Under the pieces are notes generated by a model, which made no database searches, was not told the origin of the DNA, and saw only the letters and a list, made by a program, of their open reading frames with translations. Shown one piece after another: positions 61,028 through 64,000 of a DNA stretch of 64,000 bases. Where the stretch lies: assembly GCA_963777505.1 (NCBI GenBank), contig CAVZQN010000007.1, positions 96,001 to 160,000 of the forward strand, written 5' to 3'. The stretch comes from an uncultured bacterium. GTDB lineage: Bacteria; Acidobacteriota; HRBIN11; JAKEFK01. How positions within the stretch are numbered: position 1 is the stretch's first letter; the number at the start of each line of letters is the position of its first letter. Position numbers and translations under genes: made by a program.

Positions 61028-61459
61028 ATGAAGCTTTCTATTTTCTTTATCGTTCTGATATCCGCTCAGTTTTGCGTGGAGGCATCAGAGAAGGTTCAGA
61101 ACGGTTTGCTGGATCAAGAATTCACTATGAAGATTGGCCAGCAAGTTGAATTCAAGCAGGACAAGCAGGAGAAGCTTCAGATTAAATTTACTTCCGTTCT
61201 TGAGGATTCCCGATGCCCAAAAGGCGAACAATGCATTACACAAGGGAATGCCAGGATTGAGCTGGAACTGGTGAAGGACGAAAAAGAATCTGCGTCCGTT
61301 CCGCTCAACACAGTTTCGGACTCTTCTGAAGCTGAATATCACGGCTTTACAATCCATCTAATTTCTCTCAATCCTTATCCCGTGATGAATCGAAGTATCC
61401 GTGCAGAAGATTACGAAGCAGTACTGGAAGTGACGCTTACAAAGAATCGGCAACAATGA
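61028..61459 (+). CDS. Secreted hypothetical protein with DSRCP-x4-C motif
   Basis: Signal peptide; VLEDSRCPKGEQCITQGNA; LNPYP. Confidence 0.8.
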   Translation: MKLSIFFIVLISAQFCVEASEKVQNGLLDQEFTMKIGQQVEFKQDKQEKLQIKFTSVLEDSRCPKGEQCITQGNARIELELVKDEKESASVPLNTVSDSSEAEYHGFTIHLISLNPYPVMNRSIRAEDYEAVLEVTLTKNRQQ

Positions 61460-61521
61460 CGAATCTCGTGCTGTGATTCAGGTTACAGCACATTTCTAAG
61501 TAATCCCTTCAAGGAGGGTGC

Positions 61522-64000
61522 ATGAGAAAGTTGTTTTTGATTGCTACGATTCTATTCGTAGCCTTCCAGTTTACTTTTTTCGCTCACGCGGGCGACAAAA
61601 AGTCAAAAAACCAAAAAGCGCTTGATCCCGTCGGCATAAAACAGCTTAAGGAAGAGAGTCCAGCTAAAACCAAAGTCTACGTTTCAGATGCTACGGGCGC
61701 AGTGCGTTTTATCGGATTTGGTGCAGGCGGCGCGAAAGCGCTGGATAAAGCGGCTTCTGCGCAAGATCGATCTCTTTCATTCTTGCAGAAACACGGCAGT
61801 GTTTTTGGATTAAAGAATGCCATGACCGAATTGAAAATCATTGATGAAAGAAGTGATTTTCAAGGCGGAAAACATTTATCCTATGCGCAGCAGTATTTTG
61901 GAGTCCCTGTTTTTGCCGGAGTTCTCAAAACTCACTTCGATGCTGCCGGACAGCTTCGCGCGATTAACGGCACCGTCATTCCGGAAATTAATGTGAATCA
62001 CAATCCCACCAGAAAATCGGATGATGCTGCAGCTTCCGCTCTTGCAAGAATCATTGATCAGAAAGGAAAGGACGAATCGATTTCTGTTGCGGGAACACGG
62101 TTAATGGTTTTTCGTTCAGGGCTTCTACAAGGCGTACCAGGCCAGAATCATCTGGTATGGGAAGTTGAAGTTAGTAACGGAGCAGACGTCCGTGAGTTCG
62201 TTTACATCGACGCGCATACAGGCAAATTTGTAGATCAAATTACCGGTATCGTGGACTCAATGTTTCGTCGTGCATACGATGCGCTCGGTCAAACAGCACC
62301 TGGTCCAAATTATCCGGCCAGTCCCTACTGGGTAGAAGGTAATCCATTTCCGACAGCTTCAACCGAAGCCAACAACATGATTCTTGCCTCTGGCGAAGCA
62401 TATGGATTCTTCTCAACTGCATTTGGCCGCGATTCGTTTGATGGCGTAGGCGGAATCATGGATTCCATTTTCAATCGAGGCAATGCATGCCCAAATGCTT
62501 CCTGGAATGGACAGTTCATTTCATTTTGCCCGGGCACCACTTCCGATGATGTAACAGTACATGAATGGGGCCATGCTTATACGCAATACACGCATGACTT
62601 GATTTACCAATGGCAATCGGGTGCGCTGAATGAATCGTATTCCGATATTTGGGGTGAAACTGTCGATATTATGAACGGACGTCAGACTGACACCCCTGGC
62701 ACTCGTTGCTGCGAATAGCTGCAGTACATCCACAGCATTGCCACCCTCGGTTACAGTTAATTCTCCTCCAGCAATCGCAGGGCAAAAACAAGCAGGCAGC
62801 GCTGCTTTCGGTCCACAGAGCTTCAACCTTACGAATGACATTGTTCTTGCAAATGACGGCGTGGCGGCACCGAGCACAAGCGACGGATGTTGCGCTGCTC
62901 CCTCTTTTGTCTGTGCTCCTAATTCGTGGGCTAACGCCGCAGCAATAGCAGGCAAGATTGCACTTGTTGATCGCGGAACTTGCGGCTTTGAAATAAAGGC
63001 AAGAAACGCCCAGGCAAATGGTGCAGTTGGCGTAATCGTTGCGAACAATACGGCGGGTATCATCAACATGGCTGGCGACGCGTTACCCGATCCCACAATC
63101 CCGTCACTATCAATCCTCCAAACTGATGGTAATGCAATCAAGGGTCAGCTCGCTATCCCTACCACGGTGAACGCAACATTAGCGCGTGGTGGAACAGGCT
63201 CAGATAACACTGTGCGCTGGTTGATGGGTGAAGATGCCACAGCCTTCGGCAGAGCGATCCGCGATATGTGGAATCCAACCTGTTATGGCAATCCCGGAAA
63301 AGTAACCGATACCCAATATTTCTGCGGAACGGGCGATAACGGTGGAGTACATCTGAACTCGGGTGTGCCAAATCATGCATATGCGTTGATTGTCGATGGC
63401 GGTACCTATAACGGCCAAACAATTACTGCGTTAGGGTTTACAAAAGCAGCGCATATTTATTTCCGCGCAATGGCGGTTTACCAGGGTCCGGCAAGTAATT
63501 TCGCAGATCACGAAGTTTCTATCCTTCAATCTGCTGAAGATCTAGTTGGAATGAATCTTCCCGATCTTGCTACGGGTTTGCCTTCAGGCCAAATCATTAG
63601 CACTGCTGATGTCACTGAAGTTGAACAAGCAATGCAAGCAGTTGAAATGAGCACATCGCCTACACAGTGCAACTTCCAGCCGATTCTGGCAAAGAACCCA
63701 CCCGCACTCTGTGCGCCTGGTGACAAGTTGAAAGTACGTTTCAAAGACACTTTCGAAGATGTTGTTTTGTCCAACTCGCTCTGGAGTGTTAGTCATGAAG
63801 CGGTAACACCTGCTGACTTCACAGATCGTGATTGGGTGATTGTCACCGAGCTTCCGGATAATCGTGCAGGAAAAGGCTTCTTTGGAGTCAATCCGAACAT
63901 CGGAACTTGTGGTCCTGGAGGAGATGAATCCGGCGTTCTTCACCTGACGAGTCCTCAGATTACCATACCATCCTCTGCATCGGCTCCAAGGATTTCCTTT
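61522..64000 (+). CDS. M4 (thermolysin) family metallopeptidase with FTP/PepSY propeptide and inserted PA domain; frameshift near 62700; runs off window
   Basis: NASW, HEWGH, GALNESYSD; then GKIALVDRGTC (PA) and GGVHLNSGVPN in the shifted frame. Confidence 0.92.

Noticed and set aside
430-62720. Many single-base frameshifts (potD-like, ompA-like, ABC-M1 fusion, PG-binding gene, kinase, sigma, sensor kinase, M4 protease) as programmed frameshifting or phase variation
   Set aside because: They are scattered over unrelated and otherwise intact genes with no common slippery site; sequencing indels are the simpler explanation. Reads are needed to confirm.

Overview
A 64-kb chromosomal region of roughly 45% GC from an uncultured bacterium. 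The gene families suggest Acidobacteriota or a similar soil lineage (inference). No rRNA, tRNA, CRISPR array or transposase was recognised. About ten genes carry single-base frameshifts, probably long-read indel errors, and there are several real gene remnants. The region is rich in signalling genes: three Ser/Thr kinases, two beta-propeller sensor kinase/NarL pairs, two sigma-70/ECF factors and a GAF-sigma54 activator. It also holds about eight orphan proteins with S/T/P/Q-rich disordered N-termini and no Sec signal, which resemble type III/flagellar-type export substrates. One SycD/LcrH-like chaperone is present but no secretion apparatus. The best candidate for a new system is an operon at 5963-9625. 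It encodes a 222-aa precursor-like protein with two identical 18-aa cassettes (RFAPPYVPVGPVVMGDNI; 11 synonymous and 0 non-synonymous differences), a B12-dependent RiPP-type radical SAM C-methyltransferase and a SAM methyltransferase. The precursor appears to share an N-terminal motif with the neighbouring peptidoglycan-binding effector-like proteins.
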